From the NCBI GenBank assembly GCA_905178155.1, contig CAJINV010000008.1, positions 3,807,420 to 3,871,419 on the forward strand: a stretch of DNA of 64,000 bases. Reading direction: 5' to 3'. The notes beneath the pieces are model-generated. The model saw only the letters and a program-made list of their open reading frames with translations, had not been told where the DNA came from and searched no databases. The translations under genes were made by a program, and so were the position numbers. Numbering within the stretch: the stretch's first letter is position 1; the number at the start of each line of letters is the position of its first letter. Below, in pieces: positions 38,949 through 48,690 of this stretch. The DNA comes from Amoebophrya sp. A120 (Eukaryota > Protista > Dinoflagellata).

Positions 38949-40358
38949 ATGCCTCAACCACATCGAGGAACACGTCGGCGAAGCGACACATCAGCGGCAG
39001 CCCCAGCACCAACCACGCGACATGTAGTTGATCAGCCTTTATTTTCGCGGCAGGCGCTCGAGGACGCCGCGGACGCGCGTCTGCAGAAACACCTCGCTGA
39101 CCAGGACGAGCAGGAGCAGTTGGTTCTGACTTTTCTCGATAAATTCCGCAACGCGCTGCACTGGCAGCACAGCAGCGTGCTGGTTCTGCTGCGCGCGGCG
39201 GCTGCGGTTGCCGAGCGGGCGCGGCTGCTGCTCACGGCGCCCCACGCGAAGGACCTGAGCTTTCGAAGGGATCCTGCTGACAACTGCATGGAAGATCTGG
39301 ATCAACAAGTAGATGATGAAGGTGATGCCGAAGTAGATGATCCACTCACCTTTGCGGAGCACCAGATGCTCTTGGAAATTGTCCGCCTCGAGGAAGGGAT
39401 GATGCAGAACAGGGGTACCAGAGGAACCAGAAGCAGAACCGAAGGGGAGAATAATTTTGCAGATGATCATCATGATGAAGAACAAAACACGTTCCTAGCC
39501 AAACGCTACCACCGCCTCGTGAAGAACTACAAGTCCTATAAACGGGATCAGCAAGACGCAACGAGGTACTCGTTCCTGTTGAAACGCAAGGCAATATCGA
39601 CTTTGTTGGCGAAAAACTGGAGGCAAGTCGATGAGTTCGCCCACCAAGCGGAATTGGCGCTCACGACGGCGGAAGGGAGTGCGACAAATAAAACGATCTC
39701 GGGCGGAGGTAAATCTGCTTCCGAGAAACGGAACATCCCAGCAAGCGATTTTCATACCGACCCAAATGCAACGTATTCTGCCACCCCTCCGATACCCCTG
39801 CAAGAGCTTGCGGAAGCGTACGCCGCACTGCTTACCAAGGTGGAAAATCCCGCTGAGGGTGCTCGCATGACAAAACTGCTGGCTGCGGCAGCTTCGGACA
39901 CGACGAGAACAGCGAAAAATAAAGACGCAACCAGTTCTACTTCTGCACCTCGAAGTAGAAATGCCGGTGGTGCACCAGTCGTGCTAGTTGAGAACAAATC
40001 AAAGGAGCCCGCCCCCGCAGCCGCAAGTAGCGAAACTTCGGACAGTGGTACAACCGGCACCGCATTATCCTCCCTGAAAGAAATGACGGTGAGAACGGGG
40101 AAAATGTACGAACGCTTCCTTTCCGACGTGATAGAAAAAGAAGTGAAAATTGTCACGGAAACGGGTTTTTCCGAGGAGGCATCCAGTGCGGAAATCGAGG
40201 GGATTTCGGAAACGGTTGACGCCATTCACGAGGAGCTGCGGATTCTGTATAACGAATGTGTGGAGGAGGCGGATGATTCGTCTTCGTCCGATGGTGGCGG
40301 CGTAGGAAAAAAACGTGAATTCCCGAAAAAAGTGCGAAAGAACGACAACGAGTTGTAA
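38949..40358 (+). CDS. Hypothetical protein, 469 aa
   Basis: Uninterrupted ORF with helical-looking blocks separated by low-complexity linkers; no domain recognised. Confidence 0.7.
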   Translation: MPQPHRGTRRRSDTSAAAPAPTTRHVVDQPLFSRQALEDAADARLQKHLADQDEQEQLVLTFLDKFRNALHWQHSSVLVLLRAAAAVAERARLLLTAPHAKDLSFRRDPADNCMEDLDQQVDDEGDAEVDDPLTFAEHQMLLEIVRLEEGMMQNRGTRGTRSRTEGENNFADDHHDEEQNTFLAKRYHRLVKNYKSYKRDQQDATRYSFLLKRKAISTLLAKNWRQVDEFAHQAELALTTAEGSATNKTISGGGKSASEKRNIPASDFHTDPNATYSATPPIPLQELAEAYAALLTKVENPAEGARMTKLLAAAASDTTRTAKNKDATSSTSAPRSRNAGGAPVVLVENKSKEPAPAAASSETSDSGTTGTALSSLKEMTVRTGKMYERFLSDVIEKEVKIVTETGFSEEASSAEIEGISETVDAIHEELRILYNECVEEADDSSSSDGGGVGKKREFPKKVRKNDNEL

Positions 40359-41318
40359 CCCGAAGATCGTGATGATAAACCTGAAGCGACATTGATTACT
40401 AGCGACAAAAATCAAAATGTACTAGACACATGAATTGCAATGTACTTGACTTGTTGTAGATGAGGCACTGATTTGCGCCGTGATAGCTCTGCTTGTGAAG
40501 GGCAGCCACAACACATCACAGCAAACATCAGTGCAGCACGTTCACCTTCACTACTAGCATGCTACCTGGTGGAGCTGAACCAGCAAATTATATAAGCAGC
40601 CTGCTGCCGCCAAAACCAAAAGTGTATCGTGGTTTGCAACACGGTCTTCTTGATACCTCAGCGTCAAACAAGAATGAACTTGGAACTCAGGAGACCGAAA
40701 CTCACCTGAAAATGTCTTACCTCGGTAGTCTCGTCGCAGCAATTCAACGACAGGACATCTGTGTCGGCTTGTGTAGAGCTGCAGGCGCCCCCTCTACTTC
40801 TAGGCATTGGCGTTGATTACAAAAAATAAAAAAATGATACGGCGCCTCGTCCAAAAACAGAAAATGCGCAGAAGCGCAAGTAAGGCTGACACTAAATCCA
40901 CGAACACATCGGTGACTACTTAGTAGAGACTTGAGCTCTCCGGAGGTTCGGTCGTTGAAATTTCTTCTAGTTTTCGGTTTGGCCAGATTTTTGCTAACAG
41001 TGTCGGTGGACCACAAGGTCTCAGGTGAACGGAAGTCGCTCCGTCCTGTTTGCCTTCATGTTGTCACGTAGCCGTCTCGTTGTCTACGTGCACATAGTAG
41101 TTTCACAGATGAAGAAAAAAGACTGTTTTTCTGACGGACGGCAGCTGTTACACTTCTGACTTCTGACCTTAATAAATAACCTCGTCTTCCTCACTAATTT
41201 TGGTTTGATGTTTTTCTTCCTCGTTTTAGATTCATACCTGGCAAGTTAGTAACACATAAATATGGATATGACCTCTTCTATCCGACAGGAGCAACCGTTA
41301 AAAATATCCTATGTCTCA

Positions 41319-41351
41319 CGGCGCTTACAGTAAACTTTACTGTAAGCGCCG
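41319..41351. repeat. Perfect 16-bp inverted repeat with 1-nt spacer
   Basis: CGGCGCTTACAGTAAA-C-TTTACTGTAAGCGCCG, about 80 bp upstream of ATG 41431. Confidence 0.9.
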
Positions 41352-41430
41352 CTTTCTTTAACTTACATATATTCCTTTTCTTGTTTGCACTTCGAACATC
41401 GATTTTACGTTTTAAAGTCCGGCAAACGCG

Positions 41431-44400
41431 ATGTCTTCCGGAACAACGTCCACGAGCGCCTTCTACCGTGCCTGTGGTTGGTGGGGCGGCTGCGGTTGTC
41501 GCGAGGACAAATTCGAGGACAAGAACAGCGAGCGAAGCAGCACGCTGCGCTACTTCGAGCTGGAACGGAAGACCGCAGCTGGCGAGGGCGGAATCCGGGA
41601 GTCTGCGGCACAGAAGCAGTACGGGTTACTGGATGTCGTCGATGAAGATGCTGAAGACGTCACGGGTTATAATTTCTTCCGCGGAAGAACAAGTAGCGCA
41701 AGAACCGGAAGCCGGTTTTCTGCTGCCGAGACGACGCAGGAGCGCATGTCGGAACAAGCAGGACAAGCCACGAGGATGTCGGGCTTGGATCTGACCGACG
41801 AGCTGGAGGACATCTTGCTCGCGAAGCAGCGCGCTTCCCAGGCGAAGACGCAGCTGCTGGTCGAGGCCCAGGAGAAGCTGCAGCTCGAGGAGGAGCAACA
41901 CAGGCTCAGGTTGGAAGAATTGGAGCGAAAATTCGAAGAGGAGCGAAAGCTGGTGGAGAGCATTCTCGCGCGGGAGCAGGCGGAAAAGGCGCGCGCGGAG
42001 GCGGAAAAGGCAAAGCTCTTCGCGGAACAGGAACAGCTGCAGAAGGAGCGCGACGACGCTTTGAAAAACGCCGAAAAGGAAAAAGCAGAGAGCGCAGCTC
42101 TCAAGAACCAAGACGTCACCGCTTTGAAAAGCCAAGAACTCCGCATCCAGCAACTCGAAACCCTCCTCGAGAAGCAAAAATCCGCCGCGGACGCCGCCGC
42201 TCAGCGCGCGCAAGAGGAAGCCACCGCGCTCCAGCGCGAGCGGGAGAGGGCATCGACCGCACGGAAACTTGCCCTGGAGGAGAAGGAGAACGAACTGCGG
42301 GCGGAATCCGAGCGCGGGGCCGTGCGCGCGCGGGTGCTGGAAGCGGCTTTGGAGGCCGAGAAGGTTGCCGCGGAAGACGCCATGCGCCGCCAGCGGCTCT
42401 CGGAACAGCGCCGGTTCTCCGTCGCCCGGCTCGGGTTTCTGGAGGAAAAGGAGAAGGTATTGGAGGAGGAGAAGGACGCGCACGCCGCGAAAATGCTGGA
42501 ATTAGAGCAGTTGCTCGAGGACCAGAAGAAGCAAACTGCCGAGGCAGTCCAACGCGAGAAGACCGAGAAGATCCGGTTTGCGGAGACGCTGCTGCAGGCG
42601 GAAAAGGACAAAGCGCAGTTGCTACGGGAGAAGGAACTGGCGCTGCAAGCAGAGGCGGAAAAGACGAGCAAACGGCTCCAGGAGCTGATTGCGTTGGAGA
42701 ACGAGAAGAGCAAGAAAAGCAACGAGGATCTCGTGCAGCAGCAGGAGAGTGAGCTGAAGTTTTTTCGCGACCAGGAGCAGAAGATGCGGGCGGAGAATGC
42801 GGCGCACAAGCTGAGAATGGACCAGTTGGAGCAGGCTTTGGAGCAGCAGCAGCAGATTCTGGAGCACGCGGTCGCGCAAGACCGCGAGCGCCAGGCGCAG
42901 TTTGACGCCGATCAGCACCGCGCGTCCCTGGCGAAGCGCGCGATTTTGGAAGAGACGGAACAGGCGTTCAAGCTGCAGATTGAGGAGCGCGAGAAGAAGA
43001 TCCTGGAGCTCGAGGCCGCGCTGACCGAGCAGCTCCACCTCGCGGCCGAGGGGCTGGAGCGGGAGGTGGAGGAGAGCGAGGAGCACGAGCAGCAGCGGGA
43101 CTTCGTCTCGCGGACGAAGACCGAGCTGGAGCACGAGCGGGAGGCGGAACTGCAGAAGGAGGCGGAGCGGCAGCAGCTGCGCCTGCGCGAGTTGGAGAAG
43201 GCGCTGGAGCGGCAGAGGCAGGCGGGCGAGGAGCGGCTGCGCCAGGAGCAGGACGCGCAGGAGCGGCGCGCGAGCCAGGAGCGGCAACAGCTACTGGCGG
43301 AACAGGAGGAGGTGCTCGCGGAGGAAAAGCGCAAGTTTCAGGAGAAACTGGCGGAACTGGAGGCGCGACTGCAGAAGGAGAAGCGGAAAACGGACGCGAT
43401 CGCCGCCCGCGAGGTGGAGCGCGCCCAGAAGCTGATCGCCGGCCAACTATGGATTGCAAAACTGTCTGGGTCTGGAAGGATGTAACTTGTGATGCGCATT
43501 TCAGAACACACAAAAATCTCTGATGCATAGGCAGCAAAAGCTGCCCACTTTCTGTCACCAAAGTGAGGGATCGATTTCTCATGCGGATTCAGCATTGCGG
43601 AATGTTCTCGAGACCTGTAATGCTAGAGCTTCCATGCCAGACCTTCGGTGTCATACAGGAACAGCATAACTCTTCCAGACCCAGACACTTTTACATTTCA
43701 TACCAACTCGCGGCAGACAAGGCGCGCGCGGACCTGCTCAGAGCTCGCGCTGAGGCGCTGCAACGACAGCGGACAAGGCAGGCAGAAAGCATGAAGGACT
43801 TGTTAAGTGCGGACGGAGATGGAGGTGATGAAAATATCAACGACGAATCAAACGAAAATGACAGGACGTCCGCAAGAAATAAAATGGACGAGGACAAGGA
43901 CGCTCAACAACGACTCTCGCGGCGCCCCCGCGGCGGGGGTGCGTCGAAGTCGAAGAAAGACGGTGCAGCTTCTCCGAGCTCGCCGTTTTTTGTAGCTCAG
44001 CGCGTGGCGGGAGGTGAGGGCAGCCAGAAAGAACAGGCGAACCGAGGAAGTAGTTCTGTCTCCAACACCAGGACAACGTTAAGCGAAAGGCGAGCAACCG
44101 AAGTTCTTGGTCGCAGCAGCCAGGCCCAGATTGCTTCCCAGCCTGGAGGCCCCCGCGCCTCCGCGAGCGCCGATCCCAGCCGCTGGGTCCAGGAACAGGA
44201 GCAAGCCGTCACCCTGGGTGCTTGGCAATCTGCAGCAGAGAAGATCTATGATGCCGCGGAGGAAGAGCACGAGTTGACCAAATTGATTGTCGCCAAACAG
44301 GAAGCCGAAACGCAAACCGATTACAATGCTCCTCCTGCCCTTCAGACGAATAAAAAAGCCCCAGGCGGCGCCGGTGGCACGGCCGGTGCTCCAGCAGTCG

Positions 44401-44906
44401 CAGTCCCTCCGCTCGCTCTCTCGGGCAGCACATCCGCGACGCCGACGCAGGTGAACCCCGCATTCACCACCGCATTACAAAAGAATAAAATTATCTCGCC
44501 GCGTGCTGGAGGGGCAAACGCAAATAAAGTTGGGGCCACCTCCACATCGTCTCCCCGCTCGGGCGCGGCCAACAATAGTCCCAGGACAGCGAACAGAACC
44601 ACCGAAGAACAGCAGAAGCTGCGCGAGCTGGACTTTCATCTCGACCACGAAAAAGACGTCGGCTCGGTGCTGGGCGCGGCCAAACTCTCCCCGAAGGGCT
44701 GGGAAACCTCGCTGCGTGGCGCCGGCGGGGGCGCCGCGTTTTCGCCACGCGGAGCAGGCGGTGGGGCCTTTTCACCGAGGACCATGTCGACCACTTCGCC
44801 CAGAACCATGTCAGCTACTTCACCCAGGTCTGCAGGAGCTGCAGCTCCTAGTACAACTACTATGCAGGCGAAAGTATGTAGTTCCGCGCTTTTAGATGAA
44901 GTGTAA
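41431..44906 (+). CDS. Long E/K/Q/R-rich coiled-coil protein with Cys-rich N-terminus and SPR-rich tail
   Basis: Exons 41431-43447 and 43708-44906 join in frame (GQ|LAADK). The last codons may differ if GTATGT at 44874 is a donor. Confidence 0.8.
43448..43702. mobile_element. Introner-like TIR element, family B
   Basis: Direct repeat CCAAC at 43443-43447 and 43703-43707; TGTCTGGGTCTGGAAG ... CTTCCAGACCCAGACA; ends TAT...ATA. Confidence 0.92.
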
Positions 44907-45796
44907 CTCTGCTCGTGTGGAGGTTGTAAATGCAGATGACAGTGCAAGTGCATAGAGGAACGGAAGACTGACACACAACTTGTCGTGCGCGATCTCAAGA
45001 ACCAAAATCATGCTAGCCTTTTTTCAACCGGGTACGGGATTTCATTCCGTTTTTCTATGCATGACAAGGTCTTTTCATTTTGATTTTCTGGTCATGCGGG
45101 GTACCACATCTCTTCCTCTATGAGCCGCAACAAGAAAATTACACGACACGAGGACAGCGCACTTTTACTTTTTTCTGCAATAACCACTACTACGCCGTCG
45201 AAGAAGTTTACGCCAAGCGCACGATGAACGCTGTTCGACGCAGCTGCGACGACGACAGGAAAAAGTTGGCGGGGCCGGTGCGACGCCTGCCATTCTTTTC
45301 ATTCACGAGGTCAGTCCTTTTAGGACTTTTCTTATTTTATCATTTTCATCATGTCTTTTACTTTTTGTTTTGTATGCATTTAGCTTTTTCGTGCAACTTG
45401 AACTTTTCTTGATTATTCTTCGTGCGACATTTTTGTCAAGTATTCTATGGCAGACTTGGCTCTCTTGCCCGAGTTGAAGAGGGTCAATGAATTTTATTTT
45501 TACGTAGGAATATGATTTCTTTTTCTACTTCTTCTCTATCATGTGAACGCCATCTGCTCTTCGGGTGCAGCACTAGGTGAGGACGTCCTCGATGGATATT
45601 CTGTTAAAGTGTGTGACGTTTTGCTCTTCAGCTAGAGTTCTTTTCTTGGATCGAGATTCTGAAAGAGTGGATATAAACAAAAAGATAGAAATAGAATATG
45701 GCACCGGGAGGTGATACATCGTCGCTTGATGAAGCACTTCGCTGTTGCTCTCGTTTGTTTGGTTGAATCTCTCTTGGGTCGTGAGTCCTAGTCCTA

Positions 45797-45906
45797 GTAT
45801 TTTTGCTTCGTTATGATCAATATGGTGCTAGCGCAAAATTGCGTAGACGGGATTCAATATTAAATACGTCGCAAGATCTGTCGTCTCCTTCCATCACCAT
45901 CGTGAA
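45797..45906 (+). repeat. Duplicated upstream non-coding block, copy 1
   Basis: TAGCGCAAAATTGCGTAGA...CGGGATTCAA...TATTAAATACGTCG..GATCTGTCGTCTCC...CACCATCGTGAA, shared with 52445-52562; both copies lie upstream of paralogous leader-encoding genes. Confidence 0.85.
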
Positions 45907-46192
45907 ATCGTGAGGCTGATTTCTGGATAGTCGTTCGAACTCGTAAAAGGATTCTAGAAATTGCAGGCAATCAAACCTCGTCGGACGAAAGTAGGGTTTT
46001 CTTTCCCCTGTTGCATGATTCTTCTTCAATTGTTGCATAAAAAAAAGTTTGCGTCGTAGCTGGTCTTTTGTTTTTCGTATCATCATGAACAAGAAAGTAG
46101 CGAGCTGACGTATGGAAGACAAGAAGGAAAGAGCAACTAGTTCTGTTCAAGGACGTTAAACAAAAATATCCTTAAGTAGAAGCGCAATCAGC

Positions 46193-48154
46193 ATGCTGCG
46201 GATCAACATGCGGGGGATCACTCTCCGTGCGCGGCCGCGGAGATCTTCAGTAGAAGTTCTTCTGCTTTATTTCTTGTCCTTCCTCGTCTTCGACGGCACA
46301 TCTCTGACCGGCGCCGATGTGGGTGTGGGACGCCGACCCGTGAACGAGCACGATGATTTAATTACGCCACATAAGCCTGTATTGGTATTGCTGCCTGGGG
46401 TACAACCGGACGTATCTGCGGATCATGCTGACACCACCGGGAGGGAAGAGAATTATCTCGAAGATCTTGTACTACGACCAGATCCAACATCAAATCATCG
46501 CGCGGATGAGGACCTCCAGCAAGAAACCACCGATGTTGTGGTGACAGAAGATGAATTTTTGCGGACGGAGGTTGATGAGACTGGCGCGGCACTGCTCGAG
46601 CTGCCAGAAGTTCTTGTGTCTGCTGGTCGGGAAGAGGATCTGGTCCTGGTGCCTACGACCGAGAGTACATTCTCATTCCGAGGAGCCTCCAGTGCGACGG
46701 GTTCGCGAGGACGAGACAAGATCGTGGTCGTGACAAAAACTACAACACAGCAGGTCCACGAGGACCAGGTGGAGCGCCTCGCAGGTGCCAGCGTGGCGGA
46801 CGAAAGTGTTGAGGAGGTACAACACGATTTTGGCGCGGGTGTTTCATCATCATCTTGGTCCGCCATAAACTCCTCTTCCTCGACGACTCTCGGATTGGGC
46901 GAGGACACTTCTTTCTTGCGCTCGTCTCTTTTCACGCCGGCAAGTTCGCAGCTCGAAGTTGTCCACCTCGCGTCGGAATCTGGTGTGAAGGCCGACATGA
47001 AGTCCCAGGAGGAGGGGTTCTTGGAAGTCAAAGTCGGCCAACTTTCGCACACACAGCCACATTTGCACACCACGGCAGCAGGAGGACGCCGCCCCCGAGA
47101 TAATGAAAACTCTCATCACCTGCGGGTAGCGAGCTACAACATCCTGTACGACTTGCAGACGGGCAGCCTGCATAAGGGCGACAAAACGCAGCCGGCAAAA
47201 ACGTGCGTTCGACAAGATGGCGGCGCAAGCTGCATCGTGAACCAAGGTCAGGTGATCAGCGACAACGATGTGACGCTTCTTGGGGTGCAGGAATTCATGG
47301 ACCCCGGCGGACCTGCGCACTTTAAGAACGGGGACAGAAGCGCAGCTTCCCTCGAAAAGCAAGGTCATGCGAGCCAGGAAGCGTTTCTCGAGGGTCTGAA
47401 CAGCAACGCAGGTCGTGCGTGGGAGCTCGTCACTGGAGAGGGCAGCTGCGCGATCTACGTGGACACGAGCGCGCCGTGGTACAAAGATCACGATCCGACG
47501 CGCGGCGGTCACCACCCCCTTCTGTTGGGCGACTACCTTCCCAAGAAGCAGAAGCATAACCAGAACCCGGCTGTACGCGGAGCCACCGCTGCGTTTTTTC
47601 CACACAAAGCCTTAGTTTTTGCTTCCGCCTGGTTCGCGCACGGTCACGGTGTGGGTGCAGCCGGCATGAAAGTCCTCACCGAGGCCCTCGGCAAGGCTAT
47701 TACCGCAAACGGAATTGGCAACAGCGTCCACCGCATCATCGTGGCGATGGATTCTAACGTACATCACCGTAGCAATGAGTTTCTCCGCCAACAATTTCCT
47801 GTCTCTTTGATCGACAATGTGAGTGGGAAGAAGGGCGGAAAACGAAAACAAGATGAAACGAAAGAGCTGAAGCTGCACTTCGACTCGGGCAATCAGAACA
47901 ACCACATGGGGTGCTGCATTTGGGTACAGGAGCGATTTTATTTTTCTGGCCCGATCTATGGTGGCGACTTCATCGCCGACACGGCGCAAGACGACCGGCA
48001 CAAGACGCAACCCATCACAAGTTGGAGCAACGGTGCCGAGATCATGGGGTACTGGGAGAATGATCCTCGTGGCAAGGCGCACGGGGACCCCGGGTCGACT
48101 AAATGGCGCCTTACCTCCGACCATCAGCCAGTTTACAAGGACGTGATATTGTGA
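46193..48154 (+). CDS. Predicted secreted exonuclease-endonuclease-phosphatase (EEP) superfamily protein with long N-terminal leader
   Basis: Hydrophobic N-terminal VLLLYFLSFLVF; EEP motifs in order LRVASYNI, LLGVQEF, IIVAMDSN, DFI, TSDHQPV at the C-terminus. Start may be ATG 46208. Confidence 0.82.
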   Translation: MLRINMRGITLRARPRRSSVEVLLLYFLSFLVFDGTSLTGADVGVGRRPVNEHDDLITPHKPVLVLLPGVQPDVSADHADTTGREENYLEDLVLRPDPTSNHRADEDLQQETTDVVVTEDEFLRTEVDETGAALLELPEVLVSAGREEDLVLVPTTESTFSFRGASSATGSRGRDKIVVVTKTTTQQVHEDQVERLAGASVADESVEEVQHDFGAGVSSSSWSAINSSSSTTLGLGEDTSFLRSSLFTPASSQLEVVHLASESGVKADMKSQEEGFLEVKVGQLSHTQPHLHTTAAGGRRPRDNENSHHLRVASYNILYDLQTGSLHKGDKTQPAKTCVRQDGGASCIVNQGQVISDNDVTLLGVQEFMDPGGPAHFKNGDRSAASLEKQGHASQEAFLEGLNSNAGRAWELVTGEGSCAIYVDTSAPWYKDHDPTRGGHHPLLLGDYLPKKQKHNQNPAVRGATAAFFPHKALVFASAWFAHGHGVGAAGMKVLTEALGKAITANGIGNSVHRIIVAMDSNVHHRSNEFLRQQFPVSLIDNVSGKKGGKRKQDETKELKLHFDSGNQNNHMGCCIWVQERFYFSGPIYGGDFIADTAQDDRHKTQPITSWSNGAEIMGYWENDPRGKAHGDPGSTKWRLTSDHQPVYKDVIL

Positions 48155-48690
48155 GCAGTGAGCGTGGCGCTGTAAGCGAAGAACATCCATGACTATGCAG
48201 TTGCAGGGATGGCGCGCACGCGCATGCATTGATGATCGTGTAAAAAATATAGGAGCAGAAGTTGAGAATTATGCGCATGCACTCAGAACAAATATATTCA
48301 TAAAGCAGCATTGGAGGAAGTCCACTTTTACGTACAATAATGTGATTGTGATTGAATATGTAAGAAAAGCATATAGCCAGCATCAACAAGTGTACACGAA
48401 ACTTCCCTTTGGGATTTTAGTTTTCAATAGATGTAGGTAAGCGAGTTGAAGTTGTTCTTCAGATTGTCGGAGTTCCACACTCCTCGTGGCGAGGACAAAG
48501 AACAAGAAGACCTGTCTTGTAGTTGCTGATTGAAGGTGAAGATGTATAATTTTAATTGAAAGAGACCCTGACCCAAAAGACAGAGAGACCCAAAAGAAAT
48601 AGAAGAGAGACCCAAAAGACACATCCGAGGGAGCTCGGCATCCGAAGGAACTCTTGTAGTGCCGGTAGTTTTTTCAAAAAGCAAGAAATC

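Noticed and set aside
41626-43582. Long minus-strand ORFs (for example 285, 221 and 204 aa) and similar ones opposite other genes
   Set aside because: Antisense shadows of GC-rich + strand coding sequence; L/S/R-rich with no domains.
45004-45105. GCATGACAAG and GGTCATGC motifs downstream of the coiled-coil gene
   Set aside because: No TAT...ATA ends, TIR or direct repeat found; at most a decayed remnant.
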